Positions 37,666 through 50,599 are shown, numbered from the stretch's first letter. The stretch: 64,000 nucleotides of DNA from Chiloscyllium plagiosum (GCF_004010195.1 NC_057751.1:12071508-12135507); one strand, 5' to 3'. Notes: generated by a model not told the origin, from the letters alone. Translations and numbers: made by a program.

Positions 37666-38714
37666 CTCAAACAAATAAAATGAGTAACTTGAATGAAATA
37701 TAATATGACTCAGAGATAGATTCAATTCACTTCCAAAATGGTTTCAATTTTCCACAGTGCTTAAGATTATCCAGTTGGCATTCAAATTATGGAGCTGATG
37801 ACTGTATCCTAATTCTGTCGATCCATGTGGGCTGACTGTGCAAATAATTTCTGTTCAGTATTTCCATTTGCTATTGCAATTGGCTTTGTAATGCCATTTG
37901 TGATATCCATCTCAATTTTTAAACTAAACTAAATGAGGAAACATCTTAGAATTTCCATGCTGTACATTTCTATGACTTTAATGTTAACAAACAGTAGATA
38001 CTATGTTTGCATTTTTAACTTTGTGATGGCTCAACGTTAAAAGTTAAAAGTAACATTCCTGTTTAGTGGCCTACAAATGGGAGAAGCACAACAGGGAAGC
38101 ATGATAAAATGATTTTTGTCGAAACATCATAGTGGTTTTCAGCAAAGACAGAAATTTCTGGGAAAATGTAGCAGATCTGGCAGCATCTGTGGATAGAAAA
38201 CAGAATTAACATTTCAAGTCCAGTGACCCTACTTCAGAACTTATTTTAATTTTCAGCATCTGTAGTTCTTTGTTTTATTGTAATGTTTTTGTTATGCCTC
38301 TGTGATTGAGACTTGGAGGCGGATATGAGTAAGCTCAGTCACCTAAATTTTGACACTAAGTGACACTTAGCTAGTATAGGCTGTGACAATGATTGATATC
38401 CTGCCAGCCATCAATAAGCAATTTAATGAGTTTTTACAGAATAGTAATGGACAGCATTATCCACTGTATGCTCATTCCCTGAATACATTCAAACAAATAT
38501 GATTGATGCTGTATTTTCCAGTTTGCTCCTGAAAGTACCGATTTGTCATGTTATACAGTTGCACAGACGACAACAACCTACGAAAAATGAACAGATGTAG
38601 ACAATTTTTATGTGAGTCTGGACACTTAGTATTGGCAAGCAATTTGTTCATAAAAGGGTATAACAGCTAAGTTAACCTTTATCTGATGTCCACACAGATG
38701 TCCTAACCAGCAGG

Positions 38715-39110
38715 ACCAATGCAACATCAAAACTTGACACCATCCAGGACAAAACATCCTACTTGATTGGCACCACATCAACAAAGATCCACTCTGTCTA
38801 CCACCAGAGCATAGTAGCAGCAGTATGTACCATCTACAAGATGATCTGAAGAAATACCACCAATGTGATTCACACCTTCTAATTATATGGTCACTTTTCT
38901 TAAGAAGGACAAGGGCAGCAGATAGGTGGGAACACCCATATCTGCAAATTCCTATCCCAGCTATTCACCATCCTGACTTGGAAATATATCATTGTTCTGT
39001 CTGTGTAACTGGGTCAAAACTTTGTAACTCCTTTCCTAACAGCACAGCAATTAGGGATGGGCAACAAATATTGACTTTGCCAGTGAAACCCCATCCCACA
39101 GAATAATAAA
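38715..39110 (+). mobile_element. 3' end of the second LINE family
   Basis: aacttgacaccatccaggacaaa...caattagggatgggcaacaaat; matches 23368-23735. Confidence 0.75.
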
Positions 39111-39299
39111 AATTTAGTTACTCTTTTTATCATGTTGGAATTATTTTATATTATTATTTTTATTTCTATTTTATGGATAAAGTGACCTCTGTTAAAACTA
39201 TGAGAAGACTGCAAAAATAAGCAGTAGAAGTAGTAAGGACATTATGTTACAAGACAAATAATCGAGAGATCTGAACTAGTGATTCTTTGCATGGCTTTA

Positions 39300-39696
39300 A
39301 CCCGTGGCAGTTGGAGAATGCAAAGTCAATTTATTAAATGAACGTGGATTCTTTAAAAATAGTATCACTAATGGGACTATTAAATTGCCAGGTCATTGTA
39401 AAAACCCATGTGGTTCACTAATGTCCTTCAGGGAAGGAAATCAGCCATCCTTATCTGGTCTGGCCTAAATGTGACTCCAGACCCACAGTATAATGTGCTT
39501 GATTTTTCACTGTCCTCTGAAATGCTGTAACAAGCCACTGAAGAGTTTAGATTAGATTAGATTACTTACAGTGTGGAAACAGGCCCTTCAGCCCAACAAG
39601 TCCACACCGACTCGCCGAAGCACAACCCACCCAGACCCATTCCTACATTTACCCCTTCACCTAACACTACGGGCAATTTAGCATGGCCAATAACCT
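39300..39696. mobile_element. SINE body (39300-39540, +) followed by an HE1 3' fragment (39547-39696, -)
   Basis: ggttcactaatgtccttcagggaaggaaatc core; (ttaga)n tail plus gggcaatttagcatggcc. Confidence 0.65.
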
Positions 39697-41084
39697 GCTA
39701 TTTCAAGAAAGCTACTCACTGCCATCTTCTCAAGGGCATGAAGGAATGAAACCCATCTCTGGTATCCGAATTTCCCAATCCTTTCTGTCATTGCTTTTAA
39801 GTTGTGAAAAAAATTGCAGAAACATACATTTTTAAAATGAGGACATATTATCACAAGTGGGCATGGCACACTAATTAACATTGATAAATGTTCATAAACA
39901 TATTGATGCAAGGTTGAATCATGAATTCTGCTTGGAAACTAACAACAAGGAAATGGGGAGTTTAGTTCTTGCCAACTGTTGGAGAGAAAACTTGATATTT
40001 TTGATGTCAGGAGGGTTGGAATTATGGCGAAGCTGCTGATTCTATCCCTTGTCAGTGAAAGCCCGAAAGTAAGGGTTTGCTTCGCGTTGCGACGGAAGAC
40101 TGATGTTTACCTTGATGCCAGAGAGGAATTTTTCTGAACCCCTTTGGTGCTGACCTTGAACACTTCAGCAGAGTCAGGCAGTGCTACGACTGAAGTGCAG
40201 CCAGGAATTTGTGGTCATTTAAAATTGCACTGGTCTTCTTTGAGATGAAAAAAAGTCCAGGCAGCAATTAAATGTGTAAATAACAGAAATAAGGCGGGTA
40301 GGGAAAGAAAACTGGTGTTCTTATATCTTAGGTGAATAATATAAAGGTGTCACGGCAGCTATTCTGCAATGAACAAAATTGAGATCAGAGGTTTTAACAA
40401 GTTTCGAGAAAGCTGCTTACACTTAAAGCAATGAAATAAAACAAGTGATTACGGATGATGGAAATCTGACAAACAGTGATGGAGAAGCTCAGCAGATATG
40501 GCAGTTAACTTTTTCTCTCCACAGCTGATGCCAGACATGTTGAGTTTCTCCAGCTTGTTCTGTCTATGAAGCAAAGCGGTTGATAAAACATTGTGCGCAT
40601 GGCACGACATGTCAGCGATAATGCAGATATATCGCAGATAGCTTCAAAAGGTGCGCTGCAATATGCTTTAATAGTCATCACCTTAGACATGAGGAATTAG
40701 CTTCAGTCCTGCGCCGCCACTGAGCAAGACCGTCTCCTAACCACTTGGCTTCATAAGTTAAAATAAATTTCACCTTTCCCTTGACTCCCAAACCGTCCTA
40801 AACGAAAACAAAATGAAGCGATAACGGGCAGAAAAATACTAGGGAGGGGGCTGGCTAACGCTGCCTCATTGTTCTGTACCTGCTGGGGCTTGCTTCGACC
40901 TCGCTCACCTCCAATTCTGAGAACTTTGGTTAGAGTTTAGAGAATGTTGAATTTTTATTTTTTTAAAAATATGCTGAAAGTATTCATGTCGCGAAAATGA
41001 ACTCCAATTCAATTTCAGCAATAGGAAGCGAGCTGTGAAATGGTTTAAATTTAGCTGCTGGATCCTTATGTCCAAGTTGGGGCG

Positions 41085-41210
41085 AGGGTGGAGATTCCAA
41101 GGGGCGCCAGGGATTGTGTTGAGGTCATTGCTGTAGACTGCTCTGGTATCCTCCCTGTGTCTCGGATCCCCTATAAGTAGCAGGCTCGGAGAGGCTGAGC
41201 TACCGCAGTC
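41085..41210 (+). promoter_or_regulatory. Core promoter of the TCIM-like gene
   Basis: TATAAG at 41172-41177, about 100 bp upstream of the ATG. kB-like TGGAGATTCC (41089-98) and TGAGGTCA (41120-27). Start site inferred at about 41200-41207. Confidence 0.65.
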
Positions 41211-41275
41211 AGCACACCAACAAACTGAAAACCAGAAAGAGAGAGGGGAGAAGCAGGCAACTGAGAGTCCACAGC

Positions 41276-41596
41276 ATGGCCATCAGCCTGGAGAGCGAGT
41301 ACTGCTATTCGCACCGAGTCAGCCCTCTGGTCTACGGGCAACTCTTCGACAGCGAGCTTCGCAAGAGAGCCGCCCCGAACATCTTCGAGTCGGTGAACCA
41401 AGCGGCGCTGCAGCGCCTGTTCGAGCGAGCAGGAGACAGGAAAGCCGAGGAGAGGGCGAGGATCATTTCCACAAACCAAGGCAGCGAGGAGATCACCCGA
41501 GCCCTGATCGCACTGAGGCTCAGGAAGAGGATGAAACTCCTGCAACTGTTCCACCTTGGCAGGAAACGTCTCCAGATCCTCTCGGGTCCTCGATAG
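41276..41596 (+). CDS. TCIM: TC1-family protein, TCIM (C8orf4/TC-1)-like transcriptional and immune response regulator; 106 aa, single exon
   Basis: RVSP..YG..FD...RK.A..NIFE..NQ..LQRLF...GD.KAEERA.II.......E.TRAL.AL.....KL.Q matches TCIM as recalled. Kozak acAgcATGG; CpG-rich; intact. Orthologue versus paralogue is unresolved. Confidence 0.9.
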   Translation: MAISLESEYCYSHRVSPLVYGQLFDSELRKRAAPNIFESVNQAALQRLFERAGDRKAEERARIISTNQGSEEITRALIALRLRKRMKLLQLFHLGRKRLQILSGPR

Positions 41597-41933
41597 AGAG
41601 AACTGGACAAGGAACGACGGAGAATGTCGTGCATTCTAGTTTTCACTGAACGAGACAATTCGCAGGACGGTCTGCAGCAAAAGACGTTCTGGCGAAGAAA
41701 CGACAGACATTTGTCCTCTAATGTGCAAATCGTTTGCCGGTTGTATCGTACGGGTGCTCGAATCGCACTGGGCAGCCCGGCCAAGGGCTCCCTCCCGGCT
41801 CCCAAATATCTCCCGAGTCTCCTGCTACAGTCGGGAGGGCGCACTCTGGAGCTCTGAAGAAGACCCCAGTGAGATAGAAGGGGTTGGTGGACTGGACTGA
41901 AGGACTGTCGAGAAAATCAGACGGGACATGGTG

Positions 41934-42056
41934 TATTTATTGATGGAACTTTGCCCGTGGTTACCGCAAAGCCATTTTTGTGAACATTTTTCATTTTTTT
42001 TTACAATTTAATAAATGTTGAAAACTACATCTAAGTGGTTGTTGGGTTTTTTTTGA
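41934..42056 (+). terminator. 3' UTR AU-rich element and polyadenylation signal of the TCIM-like gene
   Basis: TATTTATT at 41934-41941, a U-rich tract, AATAAA at 42010-42015, then GU/U-rich gtggttgttgggtttttttt at about 42035-42054. Confidence 0.85.
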
Positions 42057-42729
42057 GTGACCTTACTGTGATCATTACTTAGCTCCCCTGCACTTTTCAG
42101 TGCACCAAGATAGCCTCCAATTTGACATGGAAGAGTTAACAAACTGAGTCATGCATATGGCCTCGTCTCAATGTGAGAGAGTGTTGCAGTTCCTCGCGAT
42201 TTAGATGGTCCGAAGGACACTGAGGCACTTTGTGCAGAGATGACTGTCAGGATAGCTCAGCAAGGTATGCCTGAAAACTCACCTACCTCTATTCAATGAG
42301 AAAGTGCACAAACATCCTCCAAAATCTTTATTGGAAAATGTTTCATTTGCATAGCGGCAGGCAGGTTTGGGGGGAGGTGCATGTTTAAAAGCGTATAAAT
42401 GTTTTAAATCACAACTAAATGTGTAGGTGGCAAAATTCGCTTTGAAAATGCATTCCAACTGAACAGAAACAAACAATTTCAGTGAAATTGACAGTTTGCT
42501 GGAAAGTCCTTTTCAGGAGAGAATTAATTCTAGCAACTTCAGGCTATTAGACTTGCCCCTTGTTTTCACTTGCATCTATCTTCCTTTGAAATGTTTTGCA
42601 AGAAAAAGAGGCACATCTGAGTTTTACCTAAAACTGCATAAATTAGCAAGAATTAGAAATGCACTGTTCTCATCTTCATCCCAGATCATTATTAAAATAG
42701 GAATTAACTAAACCAGGCTACTAAGGGGA

Positions 42730-43235
42730 GGAATAGTGGCTAAGTGGTTAGCACTCTCACTTCACAGTGCCAGGGACTGAGGTTAGAGTCCAACCTTGAG
42801 TGTGAGTCGTTTACATGTTCTTCCTGTGTTTGCCTTGGTTGACTATCGGATGCTCCAGTTTCCTCCCACTGTCTAAAGATATACAGGTTAGGAGGTTTAC
42901 CATCGGGTGCTCAAATTTCCCCCCACTATCCAAAGATATACAAGTTTGGAGGTTTACCATCGGGTTCCCCAGTTTCCTCCCACGGTCCAAAGATATATAG
43001 GTTAGGAGGTTTACCATTGGGTGCTCAAGTTTCCTCTCACAGTCCAAAGATTTACAGGTTAGGTGGTTTAGCCATGCTAAATTTTCTGTAGACTCAAGGG
43101 AGTGTGCAGGGTAGGTGGACGAACTGGGGTTAAGGGGAGGTGGTGAAGGCATTAGGTCTGTGTGGGATGCTCTTTGGAGGGTTGGTGCAGACTCGCTGGG
43201 CTGAATTACCTCTTCCCACACTGTAGGGATTCTAT
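42730..43235 (+). mobile_element. HE1-type SINE with an internal 4 x 57-bp tandem array (42843-43070)
   Basis: Unit anchors at 42845, 42902, 42959 and 43016; SINE head and tail flank the array. Confidence 0.85.
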
Positions 43236-44099
43236 AAGAGCTACTCCATGCTGAATCTTGACTGCAACATGACATTGTGTGTCAATATGAATGGTATAAG
43301 CTTCCTTCTGAAGTGGATACCCCACATATTTGAGAACTTCCGAAGTGTTTCTACAGATTGTTCTGGTAAATGAATTGGTTCATGAATTTTAAATGACTTA
43401 TCAGTCTGCTCCTATGAGGAATGATGAAAATCTGGAACATTGGTTTCCAAAACCCTCCATACAGAATGTTCTGTTTGGGCTATTAAACAGAATTTTGCAG
43501 GCTATGGAGAGTTCAAAATGATATATTTTACAGTCTCGCAGAGAATCTCAAAGTACACTAAAAATAGAATAACTGCAAAATACTGTGGGTGCTGGAGATC
43601 TGGAATAAACTCAGAAAATGCTGAAGAAACTCAGTCAGTTTGGCAACAGAGGATTTTGAGTCCAACATGATGCTTTGGAAGTGTTAAATTGGTAACATTA
43701 AAAAAAAATCTGGAGGTGTGTAATATCATCTCTGAACAGGCTGATGCGGAAAAATCTCAAAATGTTCTTTTTAAGGACACAGACTTCAGGAAAGCCTCCT
43801 GTCTAAACAGACAATTTAACATGCATTGAATGTTACTGTGGCAGGCAATTTAAAACAGCTTTCAAAATTATGGGCTGCTACAATTCCCTTGCTGCCATTC
43901 CACTGTCAATATATTTATCAGTTAATTACATGCAGTTGAGTAAGTGCCAGTTTATAAAGTGGTCTTGCTGTCAGCAAATTAGCTCTAACTGAGGTCATTG
44001 TTCTGTTTGCTGCTTCTTCTCAAAACAGCATTGTTGTCATCTAAATACATTTCGTTAAAGACTATGTAAAAAAACCCAAAAGAACTGCAGCTGATTTTT

Positions 44100-44405
44100 T
44101 TTAAGATTCCCTACAGTTTGGAAACAGGCCCTTCGGCCCAACCCTCCAAAGAGTAACCCCAGACACATGCCTCTACATTTACCCCTGACTAATTCGCCTA
44201 ACATTACGGGCAAATTAGCATGGTCAACTCACCTGATCTGCAAGTCTTTGGATTGTAGGAGGAAAACAGAGCACCCAGAGGAAAACCCACACAGACATGG
44301 GGAGAATGTGCAAACTCCACACAGACAGTTAGCCAAGGCCAGAATCGAACCCGGGTCCCTGGCATTGTGAGGCAGGAGTGCTAACCAATGAACCAACCGT
44401 GCCAC
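44100..44405 (-). mobile_element. HE1-type V-SINE
   Basis: Reverse complement of the 31745-32065 type. Confidence 0.88.
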
Positions 44406-44479
44406 AAACAGTGGCTAACACTTTGTTAAAGTAGGTTGCGTGTGGTAGCAGCCATGTGATGGCTGGAGCACCTTCTCCC

Positions 44480-44897
44480 ATGTCCTTAACCCAGCCCCCT
44501 CACACCAGGCCTTGCAATCAAATGGGCTCCTGCCACACAATCCCTTCTCAACCACGAATAGTCCCCATTAGCAGCTATTCATTCTCCCAGGCTGACCTTT
44601 AAAATCTCCTTTACCTGCCCAACTGTTTTTCTCTGAGCAAGGGTCATCGGACCCAAAACTTTAACTCTGATTTCACTGATGCTGCCAGACCTGCTGAACT
44701 TTTCTCTCCTTGGGCTCAATTGTCACTAATTGTTTACTCCCCCCAGCATGCACTCCATTTTCTGCAATAAAAACTAATTTTTTCCTCAGCACCATCTCTG
44801 CTAAAGAAGGGTCAGTGGACCTGAAATGTTAACTCTGGTTTATTTCCACAGATGCTGTTCGACCTGTTGAGTTTTTTTTCGCAATTTCTGTTTTTCA
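44480..44897 (+). mobile_element. PLE 3' end with two tandem terminal units (44633-44710 and 44801-44897), each with a decayed hammerhead
   Basis: agggtca.(c/t)ggacc..aaa..ttaactctg...gatgctg...gacctg occurs twice. Confidence 0.7.
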
Positions 44898-46029
44898 TAC
44901 TTGTTAAATGGATGGTTGGCTGAAATTAAACAAAATCTCCATTAAAAATAATTTCAAAAAACTGCTTAAGTCAAATTTGATGCAATTATATCTCCACCTG
45001 CTGAGCAACTACACTAACAAAACCCAAGAACAGCATGAAGCAAACATAAAACTCTAAACATAAGTTACGAGACACCACCATCACAAAATGAGGAATAAAA
45101 GTAGTTGGCTGGTCAAACCCTCTGGTGCGGAGAAACTGAGCTCACCTCGACTGTTTGATTTTTCACTCTGCAGATGTATATAGCCAAGGGTTTTATAACA
45201 ATTTGCTTGAGGCTGCCACAAAACGTGTGCACCTTAGCGAAATGAAATATGCTATTTCTCAGACCAGTCTGATTTATTTCTGAGCACGCTTATGAATTCT
45301 TATTTCCATGTACAGCCAAATGTGGCAGTCATTTCAATCAGTGAGAAAAATGCAGATGACCTAAGTTGCGGTTTGGTCTCACAAGGATTTCCATGAGGGA
45401 ATGTCTCAAATAGCATGGACAGAAACTCAGCAGCCTTTCAACATCATGAATACAGCATCACATGCTGACTCTCGCTCATGTGTATTCATTCTTTGTGAAT
45501 GAGTCTGAAAGCACCCAAAGGAAAAAGAAAAGTTATTTAAGTGCACATTGTACAATGATTTTAGTCCCGTTGAGAAGGCAAATGAACATGTTGCTTAACA
45601 AAAATGGTTCAGAAGAACACTGGGGCTCATCTGAAATCTTACAGATGGGAGAATCTTGAACAGTGGAGCGAAATCTCAGGACAAAGAATTAGCCATTTAG
45701 AATTGAGGTCAAGAGAAAGTTATTAACACAGCAGGCTGTAATTTTTGGAACTCAACCCCAGAAAGCTGAGGTCGCTGAGTCATTGATTACATTGAAGGCT
45801 GAGCTCGATGGATTTTTGGACCATCGGGCAACTGAGGGAATATGGGATGAGTCACGGACGTGTTGAGGTCAACGAATGGCCGTGATCTTCCTAAATGGTG
45901 AGACAGACTTGAGCGGCCTGGTCCTCTTATTTCTAATGTTCTTAAATGGGTTAAGGTTTGGTCTGAGTCCACTGCATCAAGAGAAACTGATCATTGGATT
46001 TCCATAGCATAAATCCTTGTACCACCACG

Positions 46030-48730
46030 AGGGGATGTAGGAGTTTGCTATTGAAGAAGACCAGGAGGGTGTAAAGGGGGCATGAGATAGCCTTGGGTGA
46101 GAAGATTAGGGTGAATCCAAAGAGCTTCTTGAGGTACACAAAAGGTAAAAGAATAGGTCCTCAAAGACCAAAATGGATATGTGCATGTCAAATCGCGGGA
46201 GATAGATGAGGTCCTCGATGAATATTTTTCCTCTGTGTTTCCCATGGAGAAAGACATGAAGTTTTTGGAATTTGGGGATATGTTTTTTTTCAGAACACTT
46301 GATGCTGTCAGGTACTTCTCTTGCTTTTAACTCTCTTCAAGGTACAGTACACCCACATTTTCATAACACTGTAGAGGAGGTGTTGGATCTATTAGAATGT
46401 ATAGAGATGGATAAATCTCCTGGTCCTGTCCAGATATATCCAAGAACACTGCAAGAGGTGAGAGAAGAAATTATGGGGCCTTGGCTGATATTTTTGCATC
46501 ATCATTAGCAATGGGTGAGGTCCCAGAAGATGCAACGTAGCGAATATTGTGCCCTTATTCAAGAAGGGTTGTAAAGAAAAACCTAGGAACTATAGACCAG
46601 TAACCCTAACACCTGTGGTAGGTAAGTTACTTGAGAAGATTCTGAGAGATAAGACATACATGCATTTGGAAAGATAGGGTTTGATTAGGAATAGTCAGCA
46701 TGGCCATGTGAGTGACAATTTGTTAGGGTTCTTTAAGAAGTAACCAGGAAGGTTACTGAGGGCAGGGCAGTAGATGTAGTCTATATGGATTTCAGTAAAG
46801 CCTTTGATAAGGCCCCACATGGCAGGCTGTTCTGGAAGGTTAGATAGCATGGAATTCGGGGGACATGGCAAATTGGATACACAATTGGCTTGATAGTAGG
46901 AAGCAGAGGGTAATAGTGGAAGGATGCTTGTTGGACTGGAGGCCTGTAACTAGTGGAGCACCTCAGGGGTCAGTGCTAGACCCATTGCTACATGGTATCG
47001 ATATCAATGATTTGGATGAGAATGTGCAAAGCATGATTAGTAAGTTTGCAGATGACACTAAAATAGGAGGTACCATGGACAGTGAGGAAGGTCATCAGAA
47101 ACTGCAGCAGGACCTTGATCAGCTCAGGAAGTGGGCTGAGAAATGCAAATGGTGTTTAATATCAATAACTGTGAGGTCTTGTATTTGGAAAGTCAAATCA
47201 AGATAGGAGTTTCATGGTGCATGGTAGGGCCTTAATGACTGTAGTGGAACAGAGGGACTTTGGAGTTCAGGTTCACAGTTCTCTGAAAATCGAGTCACAG
47301 GTCGTCAGGGCAGTGAAGAAGGCTTTTGGCACACTGGCCTTTATCAGTCAGGACACCGAGTATAGAAGTTGATAATTTACATTTCAGTTACACAGGACAT
47401 TGGTAAGACTGCACTTTGAGCATTGTGTTCAGTTTTTGTCACCTGGCTACAGGAAGGATGTTATTAAACAGGAAAGAGTGCAGAAGAAATTTACAAGGAT
47501 GCTGCCCAGACTCAATATAGGGAGAGATTGAGGTAAAAACAATGACTGCAGATGCTGGAAACCAGATTCTGGATTAGTGGTGCTGGAAGAGCACAGCAGA
47601 TAGGTGGAAAAGGAGATAGGCAGGTAGGCGAGTTTGTTTCACAACATGGTTGAAGAGCTTCGACAAGCTTGACCTGTTTTCTTTCGAGTGTTGAAGTCTG
47701 ACGGGGATCTTATGAAAGTGTATAAGATCATGAGAGGCATGGATTGAGTGAATGCACTCAGTCTTTTTCCCAGGGTTGGGGAATCAAGGATTAGAGGGCA
47801 TCAGTTTAATGTTAGAGGGAAATGAATAAATGGGTTGTGATGATGATGCTCCTTTAACAAGGTTAGGTTGTCCTTGGAGTTTTTTTTTCAGAGTGGTCAT
47901 AAAAGACACAGACTCCAAAAAGTCTACGTTAAAGGGTTTTACTGGCCGATTTGATAATAGCTAATTTGATACTGCCACAGGCAAAAGACTTTCAAGTGTT
48001 AGAAAACACATGTACGATGAAAGGGGAGTGGCCAGTTCTCCCAGCTCAGCTTTTCTCTGCTTTGGCTTGGTTTTAGCTCGGTAGAGTTGCAAAGGCTGCT
48101 GGACCTAAAGAAACAGGTCCAGGCTGATCCTCCTCTCTCTCTGACCTCTCTCCTGTAAGACCCTATGTTCGATTTTACCTTTTGTGCCAAGGGGTGTTTA
48201 TGGGGATGGTTGCAAGTATTTGGAACATCATCATTACATTGGGATGAGTTGTTTTCAGATAGGTCAAGGTATTCGATATTCTGTTCTCTTTTGTTTGTGT
48301 TTCATTCTGTAATCTTGTAAATAAGTTCTGTTTTGTTTAAAGCCACATAGTTTGACTAACTGCATCCCTCCTGGAATATCTGCATTACACCTGCCTAAAA
48401 CAACCAGCAAAGTTACGGTCAAGGTTACTTTTTTGAAATGTTTTGAGGGTTTCTGGCCTGGTCCATAACAGGGAACCTGAGGGGCAACCTTTTTACACAG
48501 AGGGTGGTATGTATATGGAATCAGCTACCAGCAGAAGTAGCTGAGGCAGGTACAGTAACAACATTTGAAAGGCATTTGGACAAATGCATAGATAGGAAAG
48601 GTTTAGAAGGATATGGGCCAAGTGCAGGGAAATGGTGTTAGTGTTGATGGCCATTTTGGTCAGCGTGGACCAATTTGGGACAAAGGTCCTGTCTATATTC
48701 TGTAGGACTCTTTGACTCTCTATGACTTCA
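46030..48730 (+). mobile_element. CR1 ORF2 3' two-thirds, decayed; interrupted by a PLE fragment (~47532-47660) and a solo LTR
   Basis: DKSPGP, WRPVTSGAPQGSVL, SKFADDTK; tail at 48705-48727. Confidence 0.92.
47836..48470. mobile_element. Solo LTR (635 bp)
   Basis: TGTGATGA...CCATAACA termini (TG..CA, imperfect inverted ends). 4-bp TSD gggt/ggga. The CR1 resumes in register on both sides. Confidence 0.75.
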
Positions 48731-50289
48731 GTTTCAGTTCTTCTTTGCTCTAGTAAATCTTTGCTGCGGGGTTGACTACAATTTGTTTCTGGATTAGTGG
48801 TGCTGGAAGAGTACAGCAGTTCAGGCAGCATCCAACAAGCAGCGAAATCAATGTTTCGGGCAAAAGCCCTTGTGCTGAGTCTAGGCAGCACATCTCTTCC
48901 TCCACTCATAAACAAAAACAGCTTCACACCTCATATTTGGTTGGGTGAGTCAATGAAGAATCACAATGCCTTCCTATTAAAATGCTAACTAAATTGTGAA
49001 TGAGCATCAATGAATGAGCTATCTATAAAACAAGACTCCATAAATTTAGCACTGGGATGCAAACTAGACACAGAATGTTTCTACTTCTCAATACTTTTGT
49101 GCCTTTAGCCAATTTATATACTGAAAATCATGTGCAATCTACAGCTATTTCTATCCCACAGTTTTTCTGACTCCATCAAGTCCTGAGCATTATGTGGCGA
49201 ATGCAAATAAGCAAACTTCCATATTTGATGAGATTAGGGAAGAAGATGAGGGAGAAGTGTATTGATCTTTGGAAGGATGTCTGATCAATGTTGCCATATT
49301 TTCTTGAATTTTGTCATGTTACTCGCTAAAATATTTTTTCACAGCACTTCATTGCAAGCTTAGTGGAATATTATTTGGGAAACGCACCATTACAATAATG
49401 GATAATGTATTGTATGAATACTCCAATGCATTGCAATCATAACAATGAAATTGCTCTGTGAGCCATTATATATGAAACATTGGAATGTTTCAATCAATAT
49501 TGCATAATAGGTCTCAATAATTTGAATTGTATGAGCAATTTATATTGCTAATAAAATCATTTGCCTACATTTTTTATGTCAGAGGATCAGAACACTATAT
49601 CAGGTGTGAATTTGAAATAATTGCTGTAAAATATGATAGGAAGGGATAGTATTTGCTAATGATTGGTCAGTAAACACAGGTAGCACGGCTTCAAGTCTTA
49701 ATGAAATTTTAGGTAATTCAATACAATTTGATGATGAGTATAAGTTAAAAAAAGATTAGTTCTTAATGCAGAAGCAGAAAAATACTTATTGTCACAACTA
49801 AAAAGCCATTTTAACTTTCTCTGACAGCAACATTTGAAATCATTTGAGGGAAGTGTGTATTAAATGGTCAACATTATATACTTGCAGGCCAAATATAGAC
49901 TGCAGCATTTCGCTGGGTTATGCTTCTGAATTGCTCAATAAATGAAAAGTTATTTGTTAATACATTTTAACTGTAACCTTTTCATTTGTGTCTATACAAT
50001 CAACAAACCAAGCACAATGCATTTTTGGAATCATCCGAAAGATGGCATCCTACGTTGTTCAATAGATATTTGGAAGTAGAAACACAAAAATATATTTGAA
50101 ATAACTGGAGTGTGAAACTTTTATCAGGGACATGAATATTTTGGCTAATTGTTGAGAATAATATCCAGAACCTTTCTCCCCTTGTTGTGATTTCTATTAA
50201 ATTGAATTGTATAAGTAATGTTGTCTTTTGGTCTTTGAGGTATTAAATTAGACATAAAGGTATTTTGTCCTTCATACCATGCTCTACTC

Positions 50290-50555
50290 CTTTTGCACAT
50301 TTTCCCTGTGTCTGTATGGGTTTCCTCCAGGTGCTCTGGTTTCCTCCCACTGTCCAAAGAGGGCAGGTTAGGTGGTTTGACTATGGTAAATTTCTCATAA
50401 TATCCAGGGATGTGCAGGCTAGTTTGAGTAGCCATGGGAAATGGAGGGTTGCGGGTAGGTAGGTAGGGGCCTTGGTCTGAGTGGGATCCTCTTCAGAACG
50501 TCGGTCTGGACTTGACCGGCCAGATGGCCTCCTTCCATACTGTTGGGATTCTATG
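50290..50555 (+). mobile_element. HE1-type SINE, 5'-truncated
   Basis: tttgcacattttccctgtgtctg...ggtttcctcccactgtccaaaga V-domain; tail gggattctatga. Confidence 0.8.
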
Positions 50556-50599
50556 AAGACATCAGTGAGTATAAGAACATGCTCAGTCCTATTAATAGT

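Noticed and set aside
41332..41844. 170-aa antisense ORF (and 41171-41554) over the TCIM-like gene
   Set aside because: Shadow ORFs of a GC-rich CDS; no recognisable homology.
42811..43275. 154-aa repeat-protein ORF; CRISPR-like periodicity
   Set aside because: A 57-bp tandem array inside a SINE with no unique spacers, in a eukaryotic context.
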